Shown: positions 1-13,903 of the stretch, piece by piece
How the letters are laid out: every line of letters begins with the position of its first letter
Position numbering within the stretch: the stretch's first letter is position 1
NCBI GenBank assembly: GCA_051362555.1
Contig: CM120640.1
Span: 62,660,788-62,724,787, forward strand
Length of the DNA stretch: 64,000 bases
Direction: 5' to 3'
Source of the DNA: Lingula anatina
Taxonomy: Eukaryota > Animalia > Brachiopoda
Notes under the pieces: model-generated
The model's database searches: none
Told to the model about the DNA's origin: nothing
What the model saw: only the letters and a program-made list of their open reading frames with translations
Translations under genes and position numbers: made by a program

Positions 1-214
1 AGAGCTCTTGATGACATGAACTGCACTCCCAAAATCTTCTTGTACTAGAATCCGTAACAGAACCTGAACCTGTGAAGCTTGACATGCATTCATAAGTACA
101 TCTTAAAAACTCATCTAGCCTTAATGTCATGACTTTTTGTCACAGTTTATCTTTTATGCTGACTGTTTCGTCATCTCATTCTGATTTCTGTTTTTGTCTG
201 AAAAATTCCAATTA

Positions 215-2924
215 TCACTCATACATATCAGCATACATGTCTTGTCCCATTTTGATGAAGGTTTCTTTTTCAGAGGGTGTCATCTGGTGTACCATATCAT
301 CTGTTACCTCATGGAATGGGATCTTTTTGTCACCTATTGTCACCATAGGCTCAGCCTCATCATCCTCATCACTTTCCATTTCATCAACAGCTAAGAAATA
401 GAAAATATATGGTATATAAATCAAACATTATATCTTTTCATTTATTTCTATTCTTTGGAATTGACTAAAAATAAATTAATGAAAATTTAAGAGGTAAGAA
501 ATGCAAACAAATAGATGTAATGTCTTCATCATTTATAAACCAAATTATTTTCTTTCTCACTTCAGAGTTTTGTATGAACAATTATATTGAAAGATCAAAT
601 AGATTTTTTGAAATTATTCAAAAACAATCTTGGGCTGGGGTGGACTTTCAATGTACTAAGAAAGATCAAGAAAATAAGTTTTTTTTCTACCCTAGAATAC
701 TACCCTGGAATAAAATCCAAAGTTTACTCATCACAGTGGAATGCGACATCTACTAAATTTACAAAAATATTTTATGCATTGTAACATTTTGCAAAATAAC
801 AGCCGGAATAACAGTAATTTCCAATCTCATTTATCAGTAACCTCACAGACATGAAGTCTAAACATCCTGTTATCAATGACACCATCACACCTTTCATCGC
901 GTTCATCTAAGCCACAAGAGCACCCCTCACGTCACCTTTATCAAGTGTTAAGACCACATGACAAGATCCCCTATTAACATACGTGACCACAGATGATGGG
1001 ACAAGATGTGCACCAGGGTGACAGTTTCACTGGTTTACAAAAGATACCTGGTATTAATACTTTACATGGTAAAAACTGGGTTTCTGTTAAAGTATTTATC
1101 AATTAATAAAGTTATCAGAATACCACATATCTGCAAAATTAGCCCCCCCCCCCACCCCCCCCAATGCAGGAAAACTAATGTTTTTTTTTCTTTTTCATAA
1201 TTTCAGGTTATTTGCATTGATCATTCTAATCTAGGACCCTCTAGATAAATTTGTTTTTGGATCATAGTTGTAATAAAATTGCCCAAGTCACCAAGGGCGG
1301 GACCAGCTGATACATAGACAGCTATTATCTATTCTTATCTACATGTTTATCTTCATCAAAATTCTTTTCAACAAAATGCTTTCAAATGGAAAGGGGTAAG
1401 TAAACAGTTACACCCTCATAAGTCTCAATAAGGGGCAATTATTGTTAGGTGGGGTTATGCTTAGCATACTTTTTGCATGTAACAACATCTGCTGTAGTTA
1501 TTTCCAGCTCTAAAATTATTTGTATGCATAATTTTGGTGTGTTTTCTTGTATTTATGGAACATAACATTACCAAAAGATGGTGTTAAGTGCAAAAATATT
1601 ACTTTTTACTTTGCTGAAGTAACCAAATATATTTCACATATCACTCCCACTTTTTTTTATGAAAATCGCATTGTACAAAATTAATGTCTCCATAACACTG
1701 AAGAGAAATTTTAATGCTTGTGAAAAAAGTTCATAAACGTGACAGTGATGTGCGGTGAATATACTGAACAACCTTGTCAAACAATGCAGAAATTGAATGG
1801 AATATATCTGTGCATCACAATGAGGAAACAGTAGTCCATCTGCCTGACTTCTGGTTACAAAAAATGTGAATAACAAGAAAAACAAGATACTGAAATATGA
1901 AACATTAACATGCACTATTCCATGTCTAGACTTCATGTCTCTCTCAAAAGGATGTAAAAAATGTAACATACTTATCAGTTCATAAATCATACATCTTAGG
2001 GGAAATTGTAAAGGAACTTTGGAAAGGGTAAAAAATTATTTTTGTTTCACTGGGTGTAAAATATAAAGACCATCAAAGGACTTGCTTCTGCCCCCTCTAA
2101 CCACTCCCCTTCTTCACACACACACACACACACACACAAGATTTCTGTCTGGGTCTTAGTCTTTTTCTATTCTCTTTAAAAATAAAAGCTGTAGCCCTGT
2201 AAATCTGGTGCCCCTCTAACATTTTTGCAAAAACAGTATTCCAACGCAACACATATATGCAACTAAACAAGTTCCTGAATCTCAACAGATATGAGCCAAT
2301 CTTAGCAAACTATTAACAATCATTTCATGAAAAACGCACTGCCCTTTATTCCACTGTGGATATTGTACTTTCTTTAATCCTGATAAAAAACGCTCATGCT
2401 TGATGTTAAGATCACTTGTTAAATGGGATTTTCCAGTTTACTGTAATTGCAGCTTCAAATGATTTACAATTCAGTTTAGAAGTATATATGATATTGCATC
2501 ACAGCAAATAAAATTATCTTGGGGGGGGGGGGATCGCTCTTTACTCATGCCACACTTGTTAACTACAAAACAATATCTTTTTTGTCCTATGTTATTCATT
2601 TAGGATATTTAAATTTGTATTGTTAAGTTTGATCAATAACTCTGGCAAGTCATCTAGTCTTGATAATGAGGACCGAAAGAAAGCCAAATGATGGATGTAA
2701 GTATGTAACAGTTGTAAACTCAAATATTTCACATTGAGCAAAGGATTATTTTCCCACTTTTGACCAATTTGAATAATTTCAACTCTTCTTTCAGTGGATT
2801 TTTTCCAATTCATTTTATAAATGTCCAGACTAAATGTTGAACACTTTTTTTAATACCTCTATGAAAACCCTATGTTTTATTTCTTATTTGCAATAACAAG
2901 CCTGTCTAACGCAATGTGTTACCT

Positions 2925-2978
<54 letters not shown>

Positions 2979-5318
2979 GGGGGGGGGGAGGGGGGTATTT
3001 GGTTTGGGCCAGTAGATTCTCAGACCCTGGTGGTCCAGATGGCCTGTAAGTTGGAGAGTATTTGGCATAGATTGTCATTTTCAAGTATTTAATAACATAT
3101 CACATTTTAAAAGAAAGAATTTGTGTACTTAGATAACAATCCTTTTAGCTTTAATTGATGACAGCCATCATCTGACTGTTACACCCCATTTCCATAGATT
3201 TTTAGATCGATCTATCCCTGTAGGGAGTCTCACTAGATTACTGTCAGCTTGGCCGGCTTAAGCATCTGTCCCGCCTACTAAAAGCTGTAAGGGGGTAATT
3301 AACTATGGTGCCCGCTCGGCTGACTGCAATTTAGCGTGAACCCCCAGGGCGTTAGGTCGATCTAAAACATAATCTTTAGGTCGATCTAAATCTCTGGGAA
3401 AGCACCCTTACATGTTGTGTAGATTGGCTGGTCACCGTCAGTTATATTTTTAAAGTTATAATGACAGGAGAGGATCTGATTTGAATTTAAAAAGACTTTT
3501 TTAAAAGCAAAATGAACAGAACAATAAACGTGGTAAGCTTTGAAAAATGTGATAACCCACAATGAAATAAAAGACAGCACCTTAAATATGGTATATGATA
3601 ATATTGTTGCTGACAATGTAACTAAACTCCCCTCACCTTCAGCACTGCCTCCCAGGATGGCTGCAGCTGGCTTTGATGCCTCATCTCCAGAGTCACTAGA
3701 TGAGCTTTCATCATCACTGCCCCCAGGTAAGCCTGGCAGGCCCACAGCAGCAGTCTTCTTCTCATGTACCAGAAGTGTGCGCATGATGTCCTCACTGTCC
3801 TGTGCACGGACAGTGGAAGGTTCTTGTGTTGACAGACCTGGTTTAATTTCCTGGAAAGCAATATGTATGAAATATATTATGTACTTTAAAATTAGTTCAA
3901 ATTGAAAAGGAAGAGCACACAATTTAGACATAATTAGGACAATAAAGTTATAATATTAAATTCTTTCATCAACAGCTAAAAATCAGTTTTTATCATTCAA
4001 ACGTTTCAATTTTAAGAAAATTCCAAGTTATTTAACAACCCCAAAGACCCTCTGAATAAAATCCCTGCATTTGGCCAACATGTTTTTCAAAACATTTACA
4101 AAAAGAATTTACCTGGGGTGTTGTTTCTGCCACAGCTCCATCCACAGTGCTTTCCACCATCCAAATAGGACGTTCCTTTACTGGTTTTGTCTCAGATCCT
4201 GTCTGGTGGTCTTCTTCACCCATGCTGATAGTGACTGTATTTTCAGCAAAACCATAAGCCCTGTTCTTAGTGAGTTCTCCACTCCACACCGTCTTGTCCC
4301 CTGCTGCTGGATTCTTGGGGTGGGAACTTCCATGAGCCCGCCTGAATTAAGACATAGAAAGTTATCAGCAGTTCTAGTAAAGCACAGTTAGGCCTATAAA
4401 AATACTATAAGTGCTCTCTCTATCAGATAAACAGGCAAAATATACCATCACTAAGTTCTTTGTCTTTAACCAGTTGCTGATTATTCTTATCTTCCTGTGA
4501 TTCTTTTAGTCCAACAGTATATTTATATCATCTTACAAGGGATGTCAGAGAGTGTCTTCCATTAAAAGATTAAAATATTCTGAAATAGTTTTAAAAGAAG
4601 CATTGTAAAATTATCTTAACATTCCTCTGCTCATTCTACTCAATTCTACACACCCTGTAATTGTCCGAATATCTGTGGGTTCTGGTTCAAGGATATCTTG
4701 TGAGAGTTTCACATCTTCCACCTCGCGGAGCAATTTGTATAATCTCTCCATTTGTTCATTAAATCTGGCCAGCACTGCCCTGGCATCCTGAACTGGCACT
4801 GCACTCTCATCCTCCACCACCTCTGTTCTACAGTATGTACACCTGAATGTGAATGTGGCCATGTCTAACAATTCCTTGGCTTCTAGGTCTGTGTAACTTT
4901 TATGGCATTCTGGGCAAATAAAAGAGGATCTGCTGGTTGAGTCCCTTTCTTGTGTCTCAATTTTCCTCCTCATGTGATCTAGCTTGTATTTGACTACATT
5001 CACAAAAACTTGATAATTAATGAAATAGTAATTATGCCGTGTGGTTTTCCCTTCAGAATCTGTCTCTACACGCATTCTGACTTTTATAAATCTGTCACTT
5101 TTCAAAGTGTTCATGATGGTTCTAAGTTGCTTGCGATCATATTTTAGAAGTTCTGCCATGTCTTCTTCTTTCATACATGGGTTTCGTACTAACATGTCAA
5201 TTACTAAGGCATACTCTATTCCATAGAAACCCCTGGCTACATATCTTGCCAAAGTTTTCAGTGCTTCTGGAACCTCTGTAAGCACATCTGGTTCACTGGC
5301 TGCTACTGCTGTAGACAT
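215..5318 (-). CDS. GTF2E1: General transcription factor IIE subunit 1 (TFIIE-alpha), 4 coding exons, ~427 aa
   Basis: Exons 5318-4654, 4341-4113, 3850-3637, 390-215 join in frame via GT-AG introns. Motifs: [56 protein letters not shown], zinc ribbon CPEC..CTYC, KERPIWM, acidic C-terminus ending [22 protein letters not shown]. Confidence 0.96.
2928..2995. repeat. Poly-T (~50 nt) followed by a poly-G tract
   Basis: Directly visible homopolymer runs in the last GTF2E1 intron. Confidence 0.9.
3189..3400. mobile_element. Small MITE-like element with imperfect inverted ends
   Basis: TTTAGATCGATCTA (3201-3214) is the near reverse complement of TAGGTCGATCTAAA (3353-3366 and 3377-3390). GC-richer interior; no clear TSD. 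Confidence 0.45.
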
Positions 5319-5874
5319 CCTGATAACCACTGCAAAAATAGAAAATGAACAACTTTATCATTATTAATTTTAACAATTTTAATTATTATTATGATGTATT
5401 CAAATGTGAAGTACAGTATTAGAATTACTGATTCATCACAAGGCATCCATACCAATAAATCTTATAGGTAACTGCCCTTGGAAGAATTCTACTCGTATCT
5501 GCCTTAAAGGTACATACAAACCGAGCATCGGTGGAGCGTGGATTCCCAGTAACACATGTAAACCACTTCTACTAGTTTCTAATATGACTCAAATAAATTT
5601 GACATGCCAAGGGATAAACTGAATAGATCACTCGATCTTTAGACCTTTAGACTGCTCCTTTCTTTAAATTTTTGGTAATAAATTTAACCTACTTTCATGA
5701 CCTACTTTTCTGCCCCATTGACATACAGCTTAGAATGCCAGCAGAAAAAAAAACCTCCAAACATCATTTTCGGGTAAAATTAAACAACGCCTTTTGGTAA
5801 TTCTCTTAGTTATACTACTTGAAACTATATGCTGGCATTTGGTTGGTTTTAGTGACAAAAATTTGACTTTGTAA

Positions 5875-6211
5875 AGGGATAATAACTCTTTGTATGAGAT
5901 CTATATTCCACAATAAAAACATTGTGAATAACTCATAGAAATATAATATATTCTGTTTTACCACAAAAATGGCAGTTATAGCTATTATTCTGATATTTGA
6001 GCTTGTCTTCAGATCACGTGACCTCCATTGATGGTTATACTCCGTTAAAATCTCTTAAGAGATTTTAACAAAAAACCAAACTTTTAAGAAAAAAAACAGG
6101 GACTAACTTTGAAAGTAAAAATGGATTCATTAACCATTGGTAAGTATGGGAAAATTGTTGTTTACTCCAGGAAAATTCATTTTTTGGTCAAAACGAAGAG
6201 TTATTATCCCT
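5875..6211. mobile_element. Non-autonomous DNA transposon (Kolobok-like MITE), copy 1
   Basis: TIR AGGGATAATAACTCTT...AAGAGTTATTATCCCT, flanked by GTAA/TTAA. 6039-6192 is homologous, in inverted orientation, to 17152-17307. Confidence 0.65.
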
Positions 6212-7289
6212 TTAAATAATGACACAGATCTGATGTACTTAACCATTTTGCAGTCATTCTGTGCAAAAACAATAATTGCCCACAAGTTCATGTTTCTTTT
6301 ACTTGCATCAAGATGACCTTATACTGCTAGCTAACAAGTTAAGAATACTTGTCTTAGTATGTCACACATTTAAAAATGTCCCAAAGTACGTCATATTTTC
6401 TTTATCTACATATCCTGCAAAACTACTAATTCAGACATTAAAAAATATAAAATTCCTTACATAAAAGTATCTGGCATTGATAGTACCTTCTGATATTTAT
6501 AGGAAGACATGGCATTCTTAATGACCAAATGACTGGAAAATTATTAAATTGAGAATGGAATTAAACATCTAATCCAAGAGCAGGGATGGGTCGAGTAATG
6601 ATACGTTGGTAACAGAAAATGGCTTTTTTCCAGACAAATTCACTTTGGCAGGTAAACCCCACATAGAGTATCCTTAAGATAAATTAGCACCAACACTCTG
6701 GGACAGTCCAATTTAGATTTAAATGGCAAAATGGAAAATACAGCAAAAAGGCAGTCATTTTAATAGCTGATGTGGAATGGAGATAACTGTTTAGTTGCTA
6801 CTCTACTCACATGAGAGTGAGACTATCTACAAAATTGACTGCAAATATACCCCCCCCCCCCCGCCCCAAACAATTAAATTGAAAATAAATATTTTTACAT
6901 TGTAACTTACATTGCAAAGCTCTTAATTTTTTTTTTTTCATTTTAAATGTAAATTACATTTTTAAAAGCCAATGAACATAATGTTTCAATGTATCTAATG
7001 ATTTAATTTTCATTATAACTTTATTTGATTACATATAAAATGAAAAAGCTTTTTGTATATCACTGCGTTTAATTTCAGATGTTAGAATTCAATTTTGACA
7101 TACATCTAGTAAATGCATTACATTTCCATCAAATCGAGAATTATTTCAACGGGTAGAGAAGTTACAACAATAACCTCATAATAAAAACACAACGACACGG
7201 ATCGTCGCACATTTTACATTAAAGAAAACACTTCACTTGACGGGCATCTCAGTAATTACTACAGTCATATGACAGCATCTTACCAGTTT

Positions 7290-7625
7290 AGGGTTTCGGT
7301 CGTCTACAACATCTAATCATAATCATAATCAAAAGCAAAGCCAAACCTCACCTCGCTTTTTTTTAACGAAAGTAAGAAAATAATACGCTTCCGATGTCAG
7401 TCACCCAAGAAAGGCTTATTTTTAAATAAATATCTTAAAATATCATTGCAAAATCACTTTCAAAAAATTACTCATATCATCATATGACTGGAAAATTACA
7501 GAGTAGACACTTTGTTCTTGCTTTAGTTTTTACACTTTATGCGTATACAATAAATCCTAAATTTTATTCAAAGATCAACGTTGAAAAAAGTGTTTATTCC
7601 AATCAGTGAACAGTTGGTTTCCATT
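7290..7625. promoter_or_regulatory. Probable bidirectional promoter / 5' UTR region of GTF2E1 and RABL3
   Basis: The GTF2E1 ATG exon starts at an acceptor (5330), implying an upstream non-coding exon; minus-strand donor-like GTGAG at 7351-7347. RABL3 ATG at 7626. TSSs cannot be determined from sequence. Confidence 0.5.
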
Positions 7626-10600
7626 ATGGCTGCCACGGACAAAGTGCGAATTTTGGTTGTAGGAGATTCAGGTCAGTTGTAACCATTATGAAACGTGGTT
7701 TGCTTTCTCTGAAATTTACCATATACTTGCACACCATTCTTCTCTTTGAAAGGGTAATATGAGTTAAGAAAATGTGATGATATGAAACTATCAGTGATTA
7801 CAATTTCGGGGGAGAGATTCATTTCTGTCACTGAAATTCTGTCTGCAGTACGTACCAAGACGGCACCCTGAGCTTCAGAGCTAACTTGACACTAACCTTT
7901 TCACTGTAGCCTATCTCCATCGTGTCAAGTAACCTCTGACGAAAATAGTTTGACCTATTTTATATAAGCCAATCGAATCCATGTTTCAAAAATTTTCACC
8001 AAAGTTTGGTGAAAACGCTGATTGGTTGATCGTCAATCGGCAATCCTCGGCTGATTCTGCAAGCTCCATACTAACAACATAGTTATTGTCGAGTGCGGAG
8101 ACATCTGAGTAGTTCCGAGTGCATAACCGTACACAAAGAAAGCATGGAGTATATCGGAATTGAAACCAGAGCAGTATGATGCCCTGCATCATTATCTACT
8201 GAGGGATGATGTATTTTGCGTGCTGCCCACAGGTTACGGCGGGGCCGTAGCGATAGTCCGAAGGTTCAATAGTCCGAAGGTTCATTGGTCGGAATGTTCA
8301 CTATAGAACATTCGGACCAATGAACCCTTGATGAAAAAATCGATGAAAATGTTACCACTTTTCGGACCAATGAACCTTCGGACCAATGAACCTTTGGACT
8401 ATCGAGACGCCCCCGTTACGGCAAGTCCCTGATATTGAGCCTTATCTCTGATTGGTCCGGATTTGAACAAAGCGCGCTTTGACTCGTTCGCGTTCATTGG
8501 CTAGATCGTTCAATGAGTCATTGAGTGCGGGCTTTAAATTTGATTGGTGGGCGGCGGGCTCACTCGAATCTGGTCAGAGGTTACTTGACACGATGGAGAT
8601 AGGCTACAGTGAAAAGGTTAGTGTCAAGTTAGCTCTGAAGCTCAGGGTGCAAGTCGGCGGCCAACATGCCATTAGAATGGAAATGATAGAAATAAGATTA
8701 TTTTTATTGTAGGAGTTGGTAAGACATCCCTTGTACATATGATATGTCACAATGAGCCAATGTTAAACCCGAGTTGGACCATAGGATGTTCTGTAGATGT
8801 CAAGGTAAGAAATATGCAAAAAGAATATAACTGGTCTCACTAAACACCGAAATGACAAGGAATGACTACAGTGACTTGAAATGACACCATAATATTGCTT
8901 TAAACATCACAATAATGTATGTTGTAATATGAAAACATAATATTGTTAATCAAAATTTAAATCTAAATACTACAAATAAACTGGCCAACCTAAAATGCCC
9001 AAATAGTACAACACAGCAAAGTACACTATAGACAATAGAGGCTGGATGAAAGTAAACACAGGGAATGCTCTGTCTAAAGAAAATTGGTCGATATAAAAGT
9101 GAAATATATAAATAGGTAATTTGTGTCTTTAATACAACTTTTTAATTTGGTACAATTTTTTTTTATCATTGGGACCTCTGCCATGTTGCCAAGAAGAGAC
9201 ACTTCTAAACAAAGCATACCAATTTGTCAAGTTGGATCAATGATATTAATAACCTAGTAGAAAATTTTGCCTTTATATAACCTTATTTTTGTGGGAATGC
9301 CTGTTTCCTGTGTTAACTCATGTCTATAGTCATTTTCTTTAGTATATTATGCTGTGTTGCAGTGTACTGCACATTTTAGGTGTATCCCAAATAAACTATT
9401 TTAACCAAGGTAAGTAACTCCCATTTCACAAAGAAAATGAATCACCTAACAACATCACCTTTGTTTTATGAAGCCAGGTGAAAAAAATCTGCATTTCCGT
9501 GATACTGTTAGTTATAATTTTATTTCATTTAATTAGTTTTTCATTTGTGTCATATTTCAAACACATGTATTACAGCATGCCTTCTCTTGCTCACATTTCA
9601 TGTTTAAAGAAAAATAATAAATTGTTTCTCAGAAATGTCCCATTTTATGTTTCAGTTGCATGATTACAAAGCAGGGACACCAGCAGAAAAGACATATTTT
9701 ATAGAGCTGTGGGACATAGGAGGATCTTCAAGTCATAAGAATAGCAGATCCATATTTTATAGCCCTGTTAATGGTGGGTAAAAGGGTGACACAAAATATA
9801 TCATTAATTAGACAACAAGAACAGATTTTATTTTTATTTTTACCAAATCAGTATTTGTATGTATTCTCTGCTTCATATTGAGATTTTACATGCCTTTTTT
9901 TTTTTTGGTCTTGTAAAAGATAAAACTTATTACTGCTTTACAAACTTTCCTTTCCCATCCAGGTATCATTTTAGTCCATGATTTATCAAATAGAAAATCA
10001 CACCAGAATCTCAGAAAGTGGCTGGCGGAAATCTTAAATAAAGAAGGAAAGGGCATAGAAAATGGGTGAGTTACTTAATCATATATATATATATATATAT
10101 ATATCTTTGGTTAGATTAATGATATTCAATAGTGTAAGGCATATGCACAACTATTCTAATTATGTGAAAAATTCTGTTCCAGTTACTATGATGACTACGA
10201 TCCAGAGCAGTTTGCAGGAAATCAGATTCCAATATTAGTGATTGGTACAAAGGCTGACCTGGCAGAGACTGTGAAGAAGGAAACACTTTTATCAAGAATG
10301 TCATCAATAGCAGAGGAATGTTGTGCAGATGAAATAAATCTTGTAAGTCTCTACCCTTGTCATAACATCATGGGTTTTTACTCACAAATTTAATACAACA
10401 CATTTTCTCAATATTTTATTTTTGCTAGTCTTTGTTTTTAGTTTCTCAAAAAAGGATTTCTTTTTCTAACTGGAGAATCATTTTTCTGTGGTGTTGAGAA
10501 ATATGATATACAAAAGAGCAATTTTGTTTGAATTTTGGAATTTGTAAAGTAATTTTGAATTCAATCCTCTGGTTAGGTTTTTTATTTTTATATATTTTTT

Positions 10601-12237
10601 CAATAGCCGAATAATAAACTGGAATTTTTTTAAGATTTTTAAATTGTTAAGCATTATTATGACTTTTTTTAATATTAAAAAAAAAACCGGAGTATGCATA
10701 GTTGAGTTGAATGTGCAATTTTATGTTACAAACATATATATATGATTGGGGTATTTCACAAGTTATTTTCTCTTTGAACACAGGCATGCAATCAAGTAAA
10801 ATATCTGGCACCAGGATCAAGCAATGCAGTCAGGCTTAGCAGATTTTTTGACAAGGTATGTGGCAATAAAGAAAAATATATTGTTATAAGCTATAAATAT
10901 ACTAACTTTGTTTTACAAAAGACAGTGTTAAAATACGGTTAATAATTTTTAAGGTGTTTCCCAACTAGACTTTTTCAATCAGTGAAAATGTGCCTTGAAA
11001 ATCAGGGTTATAGCTAGCACCTTCTTCCTTTGGTTCATGTTGCACATTTTGTATGTGCCTCTGCCAGAGTGCTTCAGTGATGTCAGCAGCTAACCAATTG
11101 TTTGTACTTTTGTCAATTATTCCCAGAAGAAAAACTGCCATCTTGTCCTGCGTATGTGTTCACATATTCACTTGTTGTTCAAGTCTGGTATTTATCCACC
11201 ATGATGAGTTTGCATTTAATTGGTACTTATACATGGCACATGGCTTTTAACAAAGAAAGAAGGCTGTAAATGTTTGTAATGTACAGAAAAGATAGCTAAA
11301 TAGTAAGTGCAGAATATATGCCAAGAGGGATTGGGAATGGAAAGTGATTGGCAGTCATCATGCATTGGATGGTGTTTTCATGCATATTACCTTGAGTGTG
11401 TTGGACTGAGAAATTACAGAAATAGGCAAGACTAACTTCCAGTGAGATTTTTACTGAATAAGTGATGGTGGGAAGGGGATTTCTAATACGGAATTCATCA
11501 TAGCATACTGCAAGTTAATGTTGCAAATGTACCATCCTTTCAATGCAATAAACAGTAGCATCTATTAGCTTCCAAGAAACTTGTTGATCCCAAGGCATAA
11601 CTTGTCAAAAAGGTAACGAGGATGCACATTTTTTCTTCTCTTTGTACTGCAATTTCAGATTTCTTAAGTACTGGTCAAATCTTTAAATTCTCCAGCCAGA
11701 ATATTGAAAATTTTTCTAGATACTTGTTCCTGGTCATAGCAATACAAGTCACCAGATGGCAGCACTGGGGCACACCTGAGTCCCCCTCATGAATCTCTCT
11801 GATACAAAAATGTCCTTTTTATAAGCCTTTTATTGGTGCTTTTATCAAAACGGTCATCTTTTTTAAAAATATTTTTCAGGTTCTAGAGAGAAGATATCAT
11901 TCTAGCAACAATTTACAGGTATGTTGCAAGTCAGACAATTGATATATTATGAGCCCAATAAGCTTTAAAAAAACAAACAATTCTCACAAGAACGTTTTCC
12001 TCATCATTTGAAATGGAATAAAAATCACCCTAAGTGTACAGCTGTCAGTATATGACAAAGTTTATTTCTTTGAAAAAATCATGAAAATACTTTGAAATAC
12101 ATAATATTACAGAATACAGTATGATATTGAAATGTAATGTAATAATTTTCTATCTATTTGCTTAGACTTCCCAGTCACCAGTAGTAGACAGGCGGCGCCC
12201 TGCAATGCATTACAGTAAATCTTCGCATGTGGATTGA
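7626..12237 (+). CDS. RABL3: Rab-like protein 3, 8 exons, ~233 aa
   Basis: Exons 7626-7671, 8713-8804, 9656-9773, 9963-10065, 10183-10342, 10784-10855, 11880-11918, 12166-12237. Motifs: [73 protein letters not shown]-terminus KSSHVD without a prenylation cysteine. Confidence 0.95.
7864..8649. mobile_element. Non-autonomous TIR DNA transposon carrying a RecQ-like helicase remnant
   Basis: ~77-bp TIRs (7864-7940 / 8573-8649, CACCCTG...CAGGGTG). 8-bp TSD CAAGACGG/CAAGTCGG (1 mismatch). Interior reads [28 protein letters not shown]|KSLI once the nested insertion is removed. Confidence 0.85.
8241..8414. mobile_element. Nested MITE, Merlin-like (GG...CC termini, 8-bp TSD)
   Basis: Perfect TSD GTTACGGC at 8233-8240 and 8415-8422. 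Imperfect TIRs (GGGG..CGATAGTCCRAAGGTTCA) with subterminal GTCCGAAGGTTCA repeats. Confidence 0.85.
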
Positions 12238-13139
12238 AACCCATACAGTACAGAAAGCATGAAACTATACTGACATATTGTAAAAGAGTTAGGTATTCAA
12301 ATTTAATGTAGTGGATACTTAACTTGTATAATGTCAGAGTGACAAGTTTAAACAGTTGGAATCAAGTTACAGATTCTTGGACATGCTACCTAATGAGTTA
12401 CCAATAAGTGGAAGTGGCAAACATGTAACAATAGACTTCAGAATATAGGCAGATTTAACTGACAGAAGACCTGTTTTAATTCACTCCTTTAACTTAAATT
12501 CACAATATAACAGGTACATCATAAAATTAGTTCCAGTTTGGTTATATATAGAATCATGATTTTAAACTTGGAATGTATATAAGATTTCTGCTGGACAGAT
12601 TCTTTCTCCAATGTAATTTTACTGCATAGAAATTGTACATTGTAAAAGGAATAAAGGTGCTGTTTAAACTTAACATCAGGATTTCATATATTTTTTAAAT
12701 TATTTGCATAGGAAAAAAAAACAAAAAACATTAATGGATGCATTTTTCACAAGGTGCCTCGCAATGTTTTGCTGGTCATTGTTTTCTCTCTGTTTATCTT
12801 AAAGGTATTTTCAACACTTTAAAATCCCACTGGAGTGGCCCTGTAAGTTTCTTTTACATCAGTTGACCCTAGCCAATGGAATTAATAGTGCTTCAGATAC
12901 AGAAAAGTCACCATAAGGCCTTACATTGGGAATGGGAAGGGACCTGAACTGCAGACAAAAAATGCTATGGTACTCGTGAACTCTCTTATATGATGTGTAT
13001 TTAGATGAAATCAGGGATGAGATCAGTCCTCACTGAAAAAGTAGGAAAGTGGGCCAGGGATCCAGGGTAAACAATTCACAAGAATGACATAAATGACAAT
13101 GAAAGAGTCGGAATTCCAACAAAAGTCGGAAAAGTCTCA

Positions 13140-13263
13140 TCAGTGATGAAACTCATATTTTCTCTCCTCAAAGTTGGGCTGCTCTAAATTCACTGGCTCT
13201 TTCAAAATTCTTTCCAAGTATGTGCAGTTTCCCTGTCCATCAATCAAAATTATGGTATTTGTT
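13140..13263 (-). pseudogene. Duplicated copy of the TANGO2 terminal exon (pseudo-exon)
   Basis: Closely matches 14444-14567 and encodes TNTIILIDGQGNCTYLERILKEPVNLEQPNFEERKYEFHH*. The acceptor reads TGG instead of TAG. Confidence 0.8.
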
Positions 13264-13554
13264 CCAGAAAAAAGTAAAACAATCTGATTAAACATTTCAT
13301 CTGCAGATATAATTCATCTGCCCTATTGTTAAATGTAAGACCCAAGTTACAAAATGATATCTGACTGAGAGATATTTAGATTGCGGAAAGTAGTCTTAAC
13401 TAGAAGAAAATGAACCGAATTAACAACTTGTGTTGTCAGGAAAGATTTTACACACACTAAATGCGTTTAATATATATAAAAACAATTCAAGTTAGACACA
13501 AACAACAAAACGAGATAACTATAGACTACAAGAGGTATCAAACCTGTAAAGATC

Positions 13555-13830
13555 TATTGAAATTGATGGTGAGGCAGTAAAACAAGTCAGCTGTTGGCTG
13601 TTGAACAATAGACTTACCTGGAGCGATAACACCACGAAAGTTAAAAAAAAAAAAAGGCAGCAAATGTACTTTTTAAGGACATTGAAAGCTTTCAACAGGA
13701 ATGTGTCCATTTAAGAGTGTGTTATAGAAAGTATTTTAGCTAATGTTAATTGTATGGTATGGGCATGCAACTGAAGAGCAAAAAAAAAATGGAAAAGTTA
13801 GTTAAGACGGCAAGTAACATGATTGGGATC
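13555..13830 (+). mobile_element. Degraded LINE fragment (Rex1/Babar- or L2-like post-RT region)
   Basis: Frameshifted peptides IEIDGEAVKQV, QQMYFLRTLKAFN, VIESILA..IVWYG, KLVKTASNMIG resemble the conserved Rex1/Babar C-terminus. Followed by a (CA)n(TA)n tract. Confidence 0.55.
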
Positions 13831-13857
13831 TTATTCCCATTGAATCTATAAAGGGTA

Positions 13858-13858
<1 letters not shown>

Positions 13859-13902
<44 letters not shown>
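13859..13902. repeat. (CA)n(TA)n microsatellite
   Basis: Directly visible. Confidence 0.9.

Positions 13903-13903
<1 letters not shown>

Noticed and set aside
3540-5226. Plus-strand ORFs overlapping GTF2E1, and similar antisense ORFs over SNRPD3, the orphan gene and the VFT exons
   Set aside because: Antisense shadows of real coding exons.
8241-8414. Short repeated units resembling a CRISPR-like array
   Set aside because: Eukaryotic context; the repeats are inverted subterminal repeats of a MITE without unique spacers.
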